In this document: in pieces, positions 13,130-29,414 of the stretch
How the letters are laid out: each line of letters starts with the position of its first letter
Position numbering within the stretch: position 1 is the stretch's first letter
Source of the DNA: the human T2T-CHM13v2.0 reference genome, Homo sapiens
Reading direction: 5' to 3' (one strand)
Assembly: GCF_009914755.1 (NCBI RefSeq)
Contig: NC_060928.1
DNA: 64,000 nucleotides
Notes under the pieces: generated by a model
What the model was told of the DNA's origin: nothing
Database searches by the model: none
What the model saw: the letters and a program-made list of their open reading frames with translations, nothing else
Program-made: the position numbers and the translations under genes

Positions 13130-13594
13130 TCCATCCTACTCCTTCCAAACACCAATAGAAAAAAATACAGCAACTCTCCTCCACTGCAGTTTCAACAGAG
13201 CAGAGTGAGAAGCTAATCCACTGCCTGTGCCCCTGCCCCATAGAAGCAGACAGTGGCACTCTCATTCCCTTGCCTGTTGGTGCTGGCAGGGCTGAGCAGG
13301 GAGCTATTATTCCATTCCCTGCCTAAAAGAAGCAGGTGTTGCTCAGATTCCCTCACCAGGATAATGTCAGCAGGTTCCAGCAGCAAACTAAGCCTCTACC
13401 CTTACCTGGCAGCAATGAGAATTGATAAAGAACTAAGAGGTCGGGCTAATCACCACTACGCTTTACCCTCTCCTGGTGGCATTAGGGCCTTCTGAGTCTC
13501 TCCCTGACTTGCCATCAGTGAGAATGAATGAGGTAGTGTGAAGTGGGGCTCATTGGTACTCTCCTTTTACCTCCCTCCCTGACAATTCTCCATG

Positions 13595-14050
13595 TGTCCC
13601 TGAAGTGACCCAGTTCTCCTCCCTCTCTTGCTTGTAGTTGTCCTCAAGAATAACTATGGAATGTGCTGTGAATGCAATATCCTGAGATAAGGGGGAATTG
13701 GCTGGAATCATCCAGGCTCTGTTTTAGTCTTCCCCAGAATAGGCTGTGCATTGAAATTCTTTATCCCAGTGACTCCTGTTGCTATGGGGTATAAAAATCA
13801 AACCAGGCTGCTTTCTAAGGTCCCTCAGCTGTGGTGCAAGTAAGGCCCCAATAATTGAGATTTCATCTTCCTTGCCAGCTTTCCTGAGCCTTGGGGCACT
13901 AGTTCGCAATGAATCGGAGGCTTCTGTTGTACCTTGCTGCCTATCTGTGAGTTATAAATCTGCCTCATGTAGTTTGCTGTGCATGAGTGTGTTCTTTCTC
14001 ATCAGACTAAGACAAGGTGGTAAACCAGTACTCAGTGAACCTACTTCACA
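13595..14050 (+). mobile_element. ERV solo LTR (LTR47-like)
   Basis: tcaagaataactatggaatgtgctgtgaatgcaatatcctgagataagg, TATA-like gtataaaaa, ends cttcaca. Confidence 0.6.
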
Positions 14051-15771
14051 GTGTGTACCAGGGTTGGGATGGTCCGCAGTGGAATGCTGAGCTTCCACTC
14101 ACAATCAACATCAATAAGGAAGAATGAGGTGGAGCAAAGCAAGACTAATCAGCTCTTCCTCCATACATACTCCTGGTGGGAGCAGGGCCAAGCAGGCTGT
14201 TGAGCTTCCATCCCTACCCTGAAACAACAAAGCAATGTGAACCACGCCTCTGTTTTCATTCTCCCAGGTTGTCAGCAAGGCCCAGTAGTGAGTTAAGTAT
14301 ACACCCCCACTAAAAGGCAACCAGGCAGGGGAATTCACTGTCCCACTAACACCAGAAATGTTTCAGAGGAAGTATGGGAGAAGCTAAACTTCAACAACAC
14401 CACTATCTGCATTGAGGCAGTATAAGCCTATGCTCCGTTTGTCATAGTGATATCAGCAAGACCTAGCAGGAAGCTAATACCTGCCTGGCTCTCAAGCTGG
14501 TGAGGCTACACTTCACCAAGGAGATGACCTGTTCAAAAAGCATATTAAATATGATTCAGTGTTTCATCATATAATATCCAAAATGTTCAAGATACAATAA
14601 AAATTACTCATTATACCAATAATCAAGATAATTAAAACTTGAATAAGAAAAGACGATCAACTGATGCCAATACCAAGATCAATCTGATGTTAGGATTATT
14701 TGAAAAGAACTTTAAAAGCATCTATCATTATAATGTTTCAACAAGCAAACACATATTCTCTGGAAACAAATGGAAACATGGAAAAATCTGTGTAAAGAAA
14801 TAGAAGTTATAAAGAACCAAGTGGAAATTATTGAATGGAAAAATATAATACAATAGCAAAAATCATTCTTCAAATATTTTTGCATGGCTTTAATAGTAGA
14901 GGGAAGACGACATAGAACAAAGTCAGTAGACCTGAGGATAAGTCAATAAAATTTACCCCATCTGAATAACAGAGATAAAGTGACTGAAAAAAGAAATAAA
15001 CAGTTTTAGGAACTTGCAGGACAAAACCGAAGAGCTAACATATCATTGGAGGCAAAGAAGGATAGGGAAAAAAGGGTGGATCTGAAAGGGTATTCAAAGA
15101 ATTAACGGCTGAAAAGTCCCAAATTTAACAAAAGACAGACAACTTCAGATTGAAGATGCTAAGTGATCCCCCAGTAAGACTTGAAAGAAAGCAATGCCAA
15201 GAAACATCTTAAACTTCTGAAATCTGTCAGAAAAAAAAAATATTTAAAGCAGACAGAGAAAAGTAACACATAACTAATAAAGAATTGCCAATCTGAAGCC
15301 ATAAAGGCCAGAGGAGCTTCAATCATAAGTTTTACATCCAGGGAAAATATTCTTTAGGAATAAAGAGGAAATAAAAACATTGTCCCATGGGGAAAAAATG
15401 AAGAGAATTTATCACCAGCAAACCTATTCTTAATGAGTGGGTAAAGGAAGTTCTCTCAACAGAAAGAAAATGAATACAACAGAAAGAAAATGAATACAAA
15501 AGAAAGCACGGGACTTCAGAAAGGAAAGAAGAAAACCAGAAAGGAAAAGAAATAGAGTTAAATATAATAGAATATTCTTCTCATGAGCTTTTTAAATCAT
15601 ATTTGATAGGTGAAGTGGAATTTTTAACATTATCTAAAGTGGTGCTCAATGTATTTGGAGGAAATATTTAAGGAAATTATATTTTAAATGTGTGGAGGGC
15701 AAAAAAACCTAAATAAAAATAAAGTGATAAAAACTTTGATACCAGTATACTGTGATAAGTTACATGTGTAT

Positions 15772-16376
15772 TGCTATGGTTTCCACATGTCCCCCAAATT
15801 TCATGTTTTGGAAACTTAGTTCCCAGATTCATATGTTGATGATATTTGGAGATGGGGCCTTTGGGATTTAATTAGGATCAGGTAAGATCATCTGAGTGAG
15901 ATCCCTATGGTGGAAGTGATGACTATAAGAAGATAAAAAGATAATTTGAGAGGCTGAGGAGGGTGGATCACTTGATCTCAGGGGTTTGAGACCAGCCTGG
16001 CCAACATGGCAAAACCCCATCTCTACTAAAAATACAAACATTAGCTGGATGTGGTGTCACACGCCTGTAATCCCAGCTACTCAGGAGGCTGAGGCACAAG
16101 AATTGCTTGAACCTGGAGGCGGAGGCTGCAGTAAACTGAGATCACACCACTGCACTCCAGCCTCCAGATAAAAAGAGACCTAAGCTAACATACTCATGCC
16201 CTCTCACTGTATGATGCTCTCTGCCACATTATAAAGTAGCAAGAAGGCCCTCACCAGATGCCAACACCATGCCCTTGGACTTCTCAGCCTCCAAAACCAG
16301 GAGCCAAATAAACTTCTGTTCTTTACAAATTATCCATTCTGTAATATTCTGTTATAGCAACAGAAAACAAAGACAC
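15772..16376 (+). mobile_element. MSTC-like solo LTR interrupted by an Alu fragment
   Basis: tgctatggttt start, ttggacttctcagcctccaaaac, end gttatagcaacagaaaacaaagaca. Confidence 0.8.
15945..16165 (+). mobile_element. Alu fragment lacking 5' start and A tail
   Basis: tttgagaggctgaggagggtggatcac...cactccagcctcc. Confidence 0.88.
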
Positions 16377-16747
16377 GTACATTGCAACACCTAGAGCAAC
16401 CACTAAGAATACTACATATAGTGATATACTCGAAAACAATATAAGTAAATCAAGAAGTATGCCTAAAAATGTTCAGATAATTCACAGGAATACAAGAAAG
16501 GAGAAATAGGAGAATAACAAACAGAAGGAACATGAATATTTATAGCATAACCTAAAACTAGAAACAAGTTAAGTGTCCTTTAATGGGTTGATAGGTGAAC
16601 AAACTATGGTACATCCATACCATGGAATGCTATTCATTAATAAAGAGGAAATAAACTATTGATATAAGCAGTGATTTGGACGGTCTTAAGGAAATTATGC
16701 TAAGTGAGAAAAGCATATCTCAAAAGGTTACATATTGTATGATTTGA

Positions 16748-17075
<328 letters not shown>

Positions 17076-18055
17076 TCCATTTACATAGGTCTTGAAATAA
17101 CAAAATTACAGAAATAGAGTACAGCTAGTGGTTGACAGAGATTAAAAAAAGGGGATGGTGTCAGATGGGGAAGAGAGAAGGGGTGTATGGAAGAGAGTGA
17201 GAGGGAAGTGAGTGTGGTTAAAAGGGCAAAGAGAAGCATCCTTATGGTGATGGAACTCTTCTGTATCTTGGCTGTGGTGATGGATATACAAACCTATGCA
17301 TGCAATGAAATTGCATAGAACTAAATTCACATAAATGAGTGCATCTAAAACTGCACTATTAAATAATAGATCATTTAGTGTTAATTTCCTGGTTCTGATA
17401 TTATATTGCATTATAATTATGCAAGCTGTTACCATTTGAGAAACTTGGCAAAGGGTATACAAGATCTCTTGTGAATTATTTCTTGTAACTACATCTATCT
17501 ACAAATTTCTCAAAATAAATAATTTAATAATTGGCTATTGCAGGACACCTTGTAAAGGACCAATGACAATACGATTTTTTTCCCCTCTTGGGAAAAGGAT
17601 GGGAATGAATTGTGGCCACCGTAATTTTTCTCCATCAAGTCTCACCAAGGACTCTGCATGTGTTTCTCAAAAACAAAAATTACATTTTATTACCACAAAT
17701 AAAACATAAAATGCTTTTAGAGTTCCTATGTAAACTCATTCTTCATAAATTGTTGCAGGTCATTCCTTAAAGTTGTTGCTAAACATCAAAAATAAAGCTG
17801 CCCATTGGACCCACCTCAAGGTGGTTAGGTATAACTCCTCTCCTTTAAGAAGATTCTGGATTGTAAAAAATATTTCAGTTTCCTCCTAAAAATGAGGAAG
17901 TCAGATTCGCTCAGTAATATGAGAAAAAAAAATCTTCACGTCTCAATCAGACTCATGAAACTACAAATGGAGGAAAGCATCACGACAATATATTAACATT
18001 GTGTACCATTGTTTTGAGTACAGATTAACAGGCAGTAGAAAAACACTTTAGTCTC

Positions 18056-20877
<2,822 letters not shown>

Positions 20878-21343
20878 AAAACACTTTAGTTTCTAAGTGT
20901 CTTGGTGTCCAGAGTTCTTGCAGTGCTGATTTTAAGCAATGAAAATGAGATTAGCCCAAAGAAGGGAGAGACCTATAATATGGTACATGAAATGATGGGT
21001 TAGTCTCAGAAATCAGAATATTCTTCTATCTCCAGACAAAATGAAAAACAGGTTTTATTCTAAGCCAATGTAATCTATTTATAAATAATAGCATACAAAA
21101 GATCCTCTTTTCAGTAAGACATCTGGGTGGCAGGAGACAGCAAACTTTTTACTCTGAGGAAAAAATTTTATGTTTTAGTTTAGGATCTAAAATAGATTCT
21201 AGAACTCTGACCTGAGGCTAAGGGTAAAGGGGGAAGATTTTTATATATAAAGTACAATATATATGATGAATAGATTGTGCCAGAGGATTGATAGATGCAT
21301 ATATTTAACACAATGAGACCAATGGTAAACAGATCGAACCCAC

Positions 21344-21349
21344 TTTATT
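21344..21349 (-). terminator. Polyadenylation signal AATAAA of DDX60 (second candidate at 21054-21059)
   Basis: tttatt on + strand, followed on the - strand by GT/T-rich sequence. Confidence 0.75.
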
Positions 21350-21689
21350 TCTTTGTGCTTTTCCAGTCACTTATATACAATTACAATAAAGCAAATCATT
21401 CTCTATATTTTTGTTAAATCATCACAAAATGTATGTTTAAAAAGTAGTTTAAGTTTACTAGAAAGTACTATCTCAATAGCTGTATAGCTAACTTATGTAA
21501 ATCATATTTATGCTAATTGAAGAGAATATATTTCACCTTCAGGATATTGTATTCATTTTTTCTAGCCTTAATAAACATTTTATAAATACTGACACTGGGG
21601 ATAAAGTTACTGATAATATTATATTTACTTTGGCTTCGCAGAGTAAAAATTGTTATTCAGTCACATACAACATTCTCGCATTTTTTTAG

Positions 21690-21845
21690 TCAATCCTCAA
21701 ACTACCTGAGATGTAACCATTATTACTCAGTTATAAAAAGAAACCAAGATTCAGGTATACTAAATAATTTGTGAGTATTCATGACAGAACATGGCAGGTT
21801 TGATTGCAACTCTGTTTGATTCCAAAGTGTTTGCTCTTTCCACTT
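21690..21845 (-). mobile_element. MIR fragment inside the DDX60 3' UTR
   Basis: aatcctcaaactacctgagatgtaaccattattactcag...ctgtttgattccaaagtgtttgctctttccact. Confidence 0.6.
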
Positions 21846-21964
21846 CATCGTAATGTATTTCCACTTTATCATAATGTATTTCTGGCAAGAAGCATAAGAA
21901 TCAAAAACGTGACCTGAAAAACTACTATGGAATTATTTTTAAGTGGTTTGCATAGACTTTGTTT

Positions 21965-22064
21965 TTAGACTTTGTTTAACTTTTCCCAAAAAGTTGTACT
22001 CAGTTGTTCAAAGGCTAAGACAACGTTGTCGTCTTCATTTTCACATAGCTCACGCAAGGAAACA
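21965..22064 (-). CDS. DDX60: DDX60 last exon, coding part (VSLRELCENEDDNVVLAFEQLSTTFWEKLNKV*)
   Basis: ttccag| acceptor; 100 nt ending in TAA at 21965-21967; matches the recalled DDX60 C-terminus. Confidence 0.96.
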
Positions 22065-22517
22065 CTGGAAATGGGGAAAAAAATATAGGATCCACTTTAG
22101 TGAGATTGAATATTATAAGAAAGGCTTTCCTTGGTTAGGCAGAAGTAAGGAAATCCCATCAGATGATGAAATTATGTTAGCAAAATATGAGGAATAATGA
22201 TAAGAAACATATTTCTCCTAAAAAATCTTGTATAAAAAATTTAAGAAAAGATAACAAAACAACCCCATGCAATTCTTCTCCATGACTATTACCAAGAGAG
22301 TCTGAAAAGCCATCAAATTCCACATAACTTGATCCCTTCTCCCTTCAAAAGTGCAACGCAAATTCCTTTTCTTTCCTCTACATATCTCTTGTGGAGTCAT
22401 TTTGTGTTATTTATGCTAGTGTCCAGTGTATACTGAAACCCACAGGCAGCTACATCTACGAAGAGGAAAATATTGCTTTCTTTACCTAGATGTGTAAAAA
22501 GATAAGGACAACAAGAT

Positions 22518-23027
22518 ATGGTAAGCAGAATAATGGCCCTGCAAAGATGTCCATATCATATATTCCCCAGAAACCGATGAATAGGTCAGGTTACATGGCA
22601 AAGGGGAATGAATTATGGCTGCAGTGCGAATTAAAGTTGCGAATCAGCTGACCTTGAGATAGGAAAATCCTGGATTATCTGGGCAGGTTCAGTGTGATCT
22701 CAAAGGTCCCTGTAAGTGGAAGAGTGAGGCAGGAGAGAGTCAGAATGATGCAGTGTGAGTCTACGAACCATTGCTGGCTTTGGAGATGAAAGGGAGCCAC
22801 AAGCCAAGGAATGCCGGCAGCCTCTAAAAGTTGGAAAAGGCAATAAAAGTAGATTGTCCCTTAAGAGCCTTTACAAAGAAATGCAGCCCTGCTGACAACT
22901 GGATTGAGCCCAAGAAGACACATTTTGGACTTCTGACCTCCAGAATTGTAAAATAATAAATTTGTGTTGGTTTAAGCCACTAGGTTTGTGGTAATTTGTT
23001 GCAGCAGCATTAAGAAACTAATGTACA
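22518..23027 (+). mobile_element. MLT1D-like solo LTR
   Basis: gcagaataatggccc...gttacatggcaaagggga...tttaagccactaggtttgtggtaatttgttgcagcagc. Confidence 0.85.
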
Positions 23028-23179
23028 GGTAACAAAAAAGGAGAGAAGAAATCCAAGAATGAACAGTACAGCTGGACTGATCAAGGGCTGAAAACTGTCA
23101 TGATCTGACATCTTATCAGCCTTTTATTATTTGCCCCTACCTTGTTTCCACTAGAGTTCCAGTTATTTTCGAGTGTCAT

Positions 23180-24434
23180 CACTGACCTACCACAAAAATT
23201 GATCAGTTCTGTCTCTACAACACCAAATTTCCTTCTGAGTTACAGACTTATCATTGTGACTACTGAACATTTCCTCCTGATTGATATCTCCCAGATATAA
23301 TGTGATGTGTATAAATTCTAGCTCACTATTTTTCATTCTCATCCCCAAATGTCATGCTCATCCTTGTTTCCTATACATCCTTAACAAAAATAGGAACTTT
23401 GGTCATCTTTACCAACTGCATAAATTTTTTTACCAATTTCTTGAATTTTACCTCGTAAATATTTTTCTGATCACTCTTCTGCATCATATTTCAATTCCCT
23501 TAATTCAGACCTTCACTCATTTTCACCTGCATGACTGTTACAGCCTTTGCACCTACATATTTCTGCCACATATATAATCCGCATGCTCATGCTCCCCTCA
23601 GGCTTATGCACTGTCTACACGTTGCTCAAAAGATGAAGCCCAAACTTCTTAATGTTAACATAAAGACCTTTCCTGATATAGATCCAAATTCCATTTAAAG
23701 TCTCTTACAACAACCCAGCATCTTCCCCCATCTCTGTCAAATGCCCATAATCTCCATGTTGACATAGTGAGCTTGGAGTCTATCCCTGACACATCAGGCC
23801 CTTTCTCATTTCTGTACTTTGAAAATACTATTTCTTCTTCCCCATAATTTAAGGCTTAGTCAAAAAATTACCTCATTTGAGACTCTTTCTTTGAATGCAA
23901 GTCACATTAGTCATTCCCTTATCTGCCATCATAGCTCTGACCATGTTTGTAAGGTCTATAAGTCAGCTTCTTTCACTACACATGTAAGAATTTTTTTAAA
24001 GCAGGTATATCAATTTAATGATCCTTTGGCCAGGCGCAGTGGTTCTTGCCTGTAATCCTAGCACTTTGGGAGGCCAAGGCGGGTGGATTGCCTGAGCTCA
24101 GGAATTTTGAGACCAGCCTGGGCAGCATGGTGAAATCCCATCTGTACTAAAATACCAAAAAAAAAAAAAAATTAGCCAGGCATGGTGGTATACACCTGTA
24201 GTCCCAGCTACCTGGGAGGCTTAGGCAGGAGAATTGCTTGAACCTGGGAGGTGAGGTTGCAGTGAGCCGAGATCGCAACACTTCACTCCAGCCTGGGTGA
24301 CAGAGCGTGACTCTCCGTCTCCAAAAAAAAAAAAAAATTATGAACCTTTATAGCTCAAATGCTTAGGAAGTGTGTCTCATACCAACAATGCTTCAATACT
24401 TCTTGGATGAATGTGTGAATGATTGATTGATTGA
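23180..24434 (+). mobile_element. L2 3' fragments (Alu-interrupted)
   Basis: L2-like core and terminal caatacttcttggatgaatgtgtgaatgattgattga. Confidence 0.6.
24027..24337 (+). mobile_element. AluS SINE
   Basis: ggccaggcgcagtgg...A tail. Confidence 0.92.
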
Positions 24435-24783
24435 TTTCCTTGCCCAAGTTTTTGAGACAGCTTCCAAGTCTGTGGAGTTTCTTGGGCTGCTCTGGAGATA
24501 ATAACTTCAGTAACTATGAGCCACTCAAGGAATACCCTATCTAGAGATATTCCAAGTGGACAAAGCAGTTTCCTTCTGCTCCCAAAAGTTTTACTCTGTT
24601 ATAAAAAGTCCAAACAGGCCGATTCTGCTCAGATCCAAGATATAAAAAGAGACTTGATTAGCAAGAACCTAATAATGGAGAGAGTTGTGGCAAATTAAAT
24701 ATATAAAAAGGGATAGGACGAAGCAACACCTATAAAGTATTGAGTTGCATGCAGATTGAAGGCTTTAGAAAGATGGACATTTA

Positions 24784-25103
<320 letters not shown>

Positions 25104-25683
25104 CTAAGCAACAGTAGATGGTCAATGAAGCCTAAGAATGGGGTACCCACATAAAGTTTGGTGTTGCTTGGGACCCCACTAGGTTTTGTTAAAGGTGAAA
25201 ATAGGAGGCCAATATGAAAGATCAGAGTCAGACGGAGCCTGGAGAAAACATCAGAGAAAACACAAAATTCAAAGTATGTAAGTGAATATAAACTAGAGAC
25301 CGGATGGAACCCTAAGGAGCCCTCTGAAATATCGTGTCCCATGTCTTTGACATACACTGCTTGTGGCAATTGAGAATACCAGGATCGAGGAGTCAATGAA
25401 GCTTTTGAATATTGCTGCCTGTCAGTGCATGATGCCTGGGGCTGAGACTCTAGTCTGGATGAAACTTCATCTCAACTAGACATTGGAATTAATTCTGTTA
25501 TAGAAATAATACAACACGTGTTGAACAGACATTCTGCAGAGCCTTTGGGGAGTTGAAATGCATAGCACAGAAGAAGCTTAATGGCACCTTCATGTACCTG
25601 GCTTATAGTAACAGCTCAACATTTTTCAAATTATAAATAAATTATTAAAAAATCTAAAATCAATATTTAAATATATAACACAC

Positions 25684-25746
25684 CTGATAGATTTAATGGT
25701 GAGTGCAAAATCCTTCAACAAATAATAAGCATCTCCTTCATTCATC
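25684..25746 (-). CDS. DDX60: DDX60 penultimate exon (MNEGDAYYLLKDFALTIKSI)
   Basis: tttag| acceptor, AG|gtgtgt donor, 63 nt, phase 2-2. Confidence 0.94.
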
Positions 25747-26758
25747 CTAAAGAAAACAACATTTTGAAAATTAATAATACAAAACATTAAAGAACATCCT
25801 ATTTTATATTTAAATGCTGAATTTATCAGTAAGAGGTTGCTTTTGTCTGTCAAGATCTCTTTCCAAAAATTATTTCTGCCACAGACTCCTAGATATTGAT
25901 CTAACCTATGGCAATGGTGATTATGAATTCAAGAGTTGAAATTTCACAATCATATATAAGCAATAAAAATAGGAGGCTGGCCATCTCAGGAGATAACCAA
26001 AACAGGAAAATAAAGCTCAGGAGGGTAAATTGGAACTAGAGACTCAAAAGGGAAGAAACAGTTGTATCATTTACTAATGTCACAGCTGCTTTATTCACAA
26101 TGAGTCACTTTTTTTCAAAACAGTGCTCAACATCTTTGAAGAGTGTCAGATATTTTAATACCTTCATTCTATAAGGACTGCTCAACATTTTATGTAAAAA
26201 ACAAAATTGGTTTCCTGCTTTGATGTGACAGAATGCCCCTCCCCAAATCTATGTGCTCAGTGCCCAAGTCAATTTCTTCATCCTGGATAAATCCAACAGT
26301 GTTTACCCCTGGCTACTATTTTTGAAAATGTTTTTCCTGCCACAGAACTAAAACAATTGTCATGTACTCAGTCCTCTATCTACTCTTCTCAAATACTGGA
26401 GAGCATGCCATTATTTGTTATTCAGTTTTAAAATATCTAATAATGAATAAACAGGAGAGTAATAAATACAAATATATCTATGAGCATGTGCAAATATTTA
26501 TATCGTTAGAGCACAGCATGATGTCATGTGAGCTGGGCTAAGTGCCAAGATTTTGTTGGAAAACCACAAAGAAAAATAATACCGAATTGTTATTCTCTCT
26601 TGCCATTAGTCTCTAAAAAAAATCAATCTAGTATGTTTAGTATGATTTAACCTGCACTTGAAACTGTAATGAGGTTTCTTCCTTAAAATTCATTAAATTA
26701 ATTCATTAGAGATGGAGATGGGAGGACAGAGAAACAGAGACAGACAGAGAGGACATAC

Positions 26759-26910
26759 CTGTTATCCTGGACTAATCCTATCAAGGAACCATGTTTGTAG
26801 AAATCCAGTGCATAGGCATTAAGCGACATTTTCCTTCCTCGGTTATCAAATTTCTGTGACAACAGCACTGGAGCCTGAGAGCGATTGACACCGATTGTGC
26901 CTAGAGTAAC
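26759..26910 (-). CDS. DDX60: DDX60 coding exon (VTLGTIGVNRSQAPVLLSQKFDNRGRKMSLNAYALDFYKHGSLIGLVQDN)
   Basis: ttttcag| acceptor, AG|gtatgt donor, 152 nt, phase 0-2; translated by hand. Confidence 0.95.
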
Positions 26911-27449
26911 CTGAAAAAATACGATTATTCTTAATGTATTATTTATGTATAAAGAAAGTTGATAATTTCTTATGTGGTGCTTTGTAGATACATCCTTTAG
27001 TTACCATTTTTAAAGCCCACTCTTCACTGTGAAGTAAGAGGGTGCCTTAGCCACACATTGTGGTAGCACCATCCTAAGCAAGAGTGGAGAGTGGCTCAGC
27101 TCCACCCCATGAAGATTATTGCCTCCACAAAATACCAATGGCACTTTCAACCATCCATCCACTAGAATATAGAAACACTCACTAGGAAAGAAAACCTAAC
27201 ACCATTTCATTCTCCTTATTGGTGAAAGGAATTTACTTGTAAACAGAATATTAATGAGCTAGAGGATTATACATCACAAGAAAGGAATTCAATTGAACAA
27301 CTCTAACAATCTTGGGAACCCAATTACCTGAATAAAAAGGAGGAAGAAGGAAAACAAAAAGAAGAAAAGTAAAAAGAAGGCGGTGAATAGTTTTCCCATG
27401 TCTGCTCATTTTTTGCAAACTGTACTGTAGAGGATCAATAGAACTCTAG

Positions 27450-28320
27450 CATACTGTTATTATGAGTGTAAATTGGCACAGCTATTTTTTTTTGGTAGTT
27501 ACAAATAAATTTTAACAACTAAGAAAATTCATACATAAATATCTATGAATAATAAGAGTTGACTCCATGTACTATATGCAGATCAGTGATGCAAATTATA
27601 AACTGCAGCAATATCTAAACAAGACTCTATTATTAAAATTTAATAATTTGCAGGTAACCATTCGAGTGACAGATATCAACTGCGTTCACTCCTGCTGAGA
27701 CTTGTTTGGCACAGCTACTTTTTAAATGAGTTGGTAGTAGCTTGAAAAGTTTAATATTTGAATATTCTTATTCTATATGACTCAGAAAATTATTTTAACC
27801 CAGAAAATCAATACCTAAGAGAAACTATTGCACATACGCACGAGACATCCATAGCAACACTGTGTGTAATAGCAAAGACAAGAAACAAACACAACTATTC
27901 GAAACAGGAGAACAGATTAACAGGCTGTTTGATATTCACACTACAAAATATTATTAAGTACTAAAAATAAAAGAGAGTTCGACGTTACAGCAGGGATGAA
28001 CCTTAAGGCATAGCACTGAATGTAAATAAAAGTGACTTTCAGGTGACTGCAGTAACTATTCCTTCACTTTTCATAAAATTCAAAAGCAAATTAATATAAA
28101 AAGGGATTTTGTAATATGTAGTTTTTAAAAAGAAAAGTGAAAAACACAAAGTTTAGAAAGGTTGATGGCCTGGGGGAAAACGGGAGACAAGAAAATGAAA
28201 CGTGGGAGGAGTACACAGATCCTTAGTACATGGTGTTCATTTAGTTCGATGCTTTAGAACTTATCTATATGCTATAAAAGATATATTTGTATGTACGCTT
28301 AGCATTATATTAAAATGTAA
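27450..28320 (+). mobile_element. L1ME-type 3' fragment, interrupted by a 215-bp insertion
   Basis: gagtgtaaattggcacagctac...ctatatgactcagaaaatt...agaaactattgcacat. Confidence 0.65.
27485..27705 (-). pseudogene. Short L1-mediated retrocopy of an unidentified RNA
   Basis: T9 tract plus a body I do not recognise as a repeat, between direct repeats ttggcacagcta (27473-27484, 27706-27717). Confidence 0.6.
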
Positions 28321-29271
28321 AACTAATTTTATTAATTAAAATAAACAATAAAAGCAAAACAATTTTAAGAGGTTATAACTTACTCTAGTAAAGTAAATTT
28401 GTATAAAGTGAGTTGGGTAAGGTAAATGTGAGGGAATATGGAAAGAAAATGTGAGTTCAAGAGGAAAAGAACTGCAAATTTATAAATCCTTATAAAAAGT
28501 TTTCCTGACTTGTTCTTAACTTACTGACTATGGGTATGAAAACACTTTCTTGTTGATATTCCATTTTATACAATTAAAAGAATGATGCATTGGTTTTAAC
28601 ACACCAACATTTATTTGAAACTAAAAACTGTATTTTTAGAAAGTATTTAAATTTAGGATAAAAATGTATGTGTTCATTTAAAATGCACAAGATGTATATA
28701 GTTTTCAAAATTATTTTAAGTGATACATGACTATGATTTTGGAATAAAATAGAGTTGAGACACCAATGTCAATCCATAATATCAAATGTAATAAAACACT
28801 TTTTCTCAAAGTTTGTATTAAGATATAAATTAAATTTCACCAAGTGTCAACATTCAAATGAATTAGCCAGGATCTTCCAAATGTGTCTAGTTCTTTGCAT
28901 TCCATTTTAGGCATCAATGATGCAGACTGTAAGTAGTATTTACAGCATTTATAGCAGTACTGAGAAAGTCTGAAGACAGTTTTATGTGCTACTTCCACAG
29001 AAAACCTGTGTCAATATCAGTAGAGCCTTCAAAGATTGAAGAAAAGTAGTGGTGCCTGGAAACTCTCTGAGCAGGGTCCTCAGGCCAACTCTGAGAAACA
29101 GAAATCATATTGACTTCAAGAGCACCAATTCCTGAATATATCTGTTGATACACCCAGATTTTTTTTTTCCTTTTTAAGCTGGGAAATTCGAAGTTCTTTC
29201 TAAGCTGCCTAGCAATATAAATCCATTCTTTCTTAAACAGCTTTTATTAATAAACCCCACTCTTCACTTAC

Positions 29272-29414
29272 ATGGTTTGGAGTTTCTAGTCGAAGCAAAT
29301 CATCATCAAAGTTCCCAGACAGACAAACAAATGGTGAAATTGCTACTCTTCCTTCCTTGCAGCTCATCAAATGAGATACGAGTTGAGAGTCTTCACATTC
29401 TTTACCTGTGAATT
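29272..29414 (-). CDS. DDX60: DDX60 coding exon (FTGKECEDSQLVSHLMSCKEGRVAISPFVCLSGNFDDDLLRLETPNH)
   Basis: tgtcag| acceptor, CAT|gtaagt donor, 143 nt, phase 1-0. Confidence 0.95.

Larger units (their letters stand above)
21325..21964 (-). other. DDX60: DDX60 3' UTR (3' end approximate)
   Basis: AT-rich sequence between the stop codon and the first AATAAA; cleavage site inferred ~20 nt past the hexamer. Confidence 0.75.
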
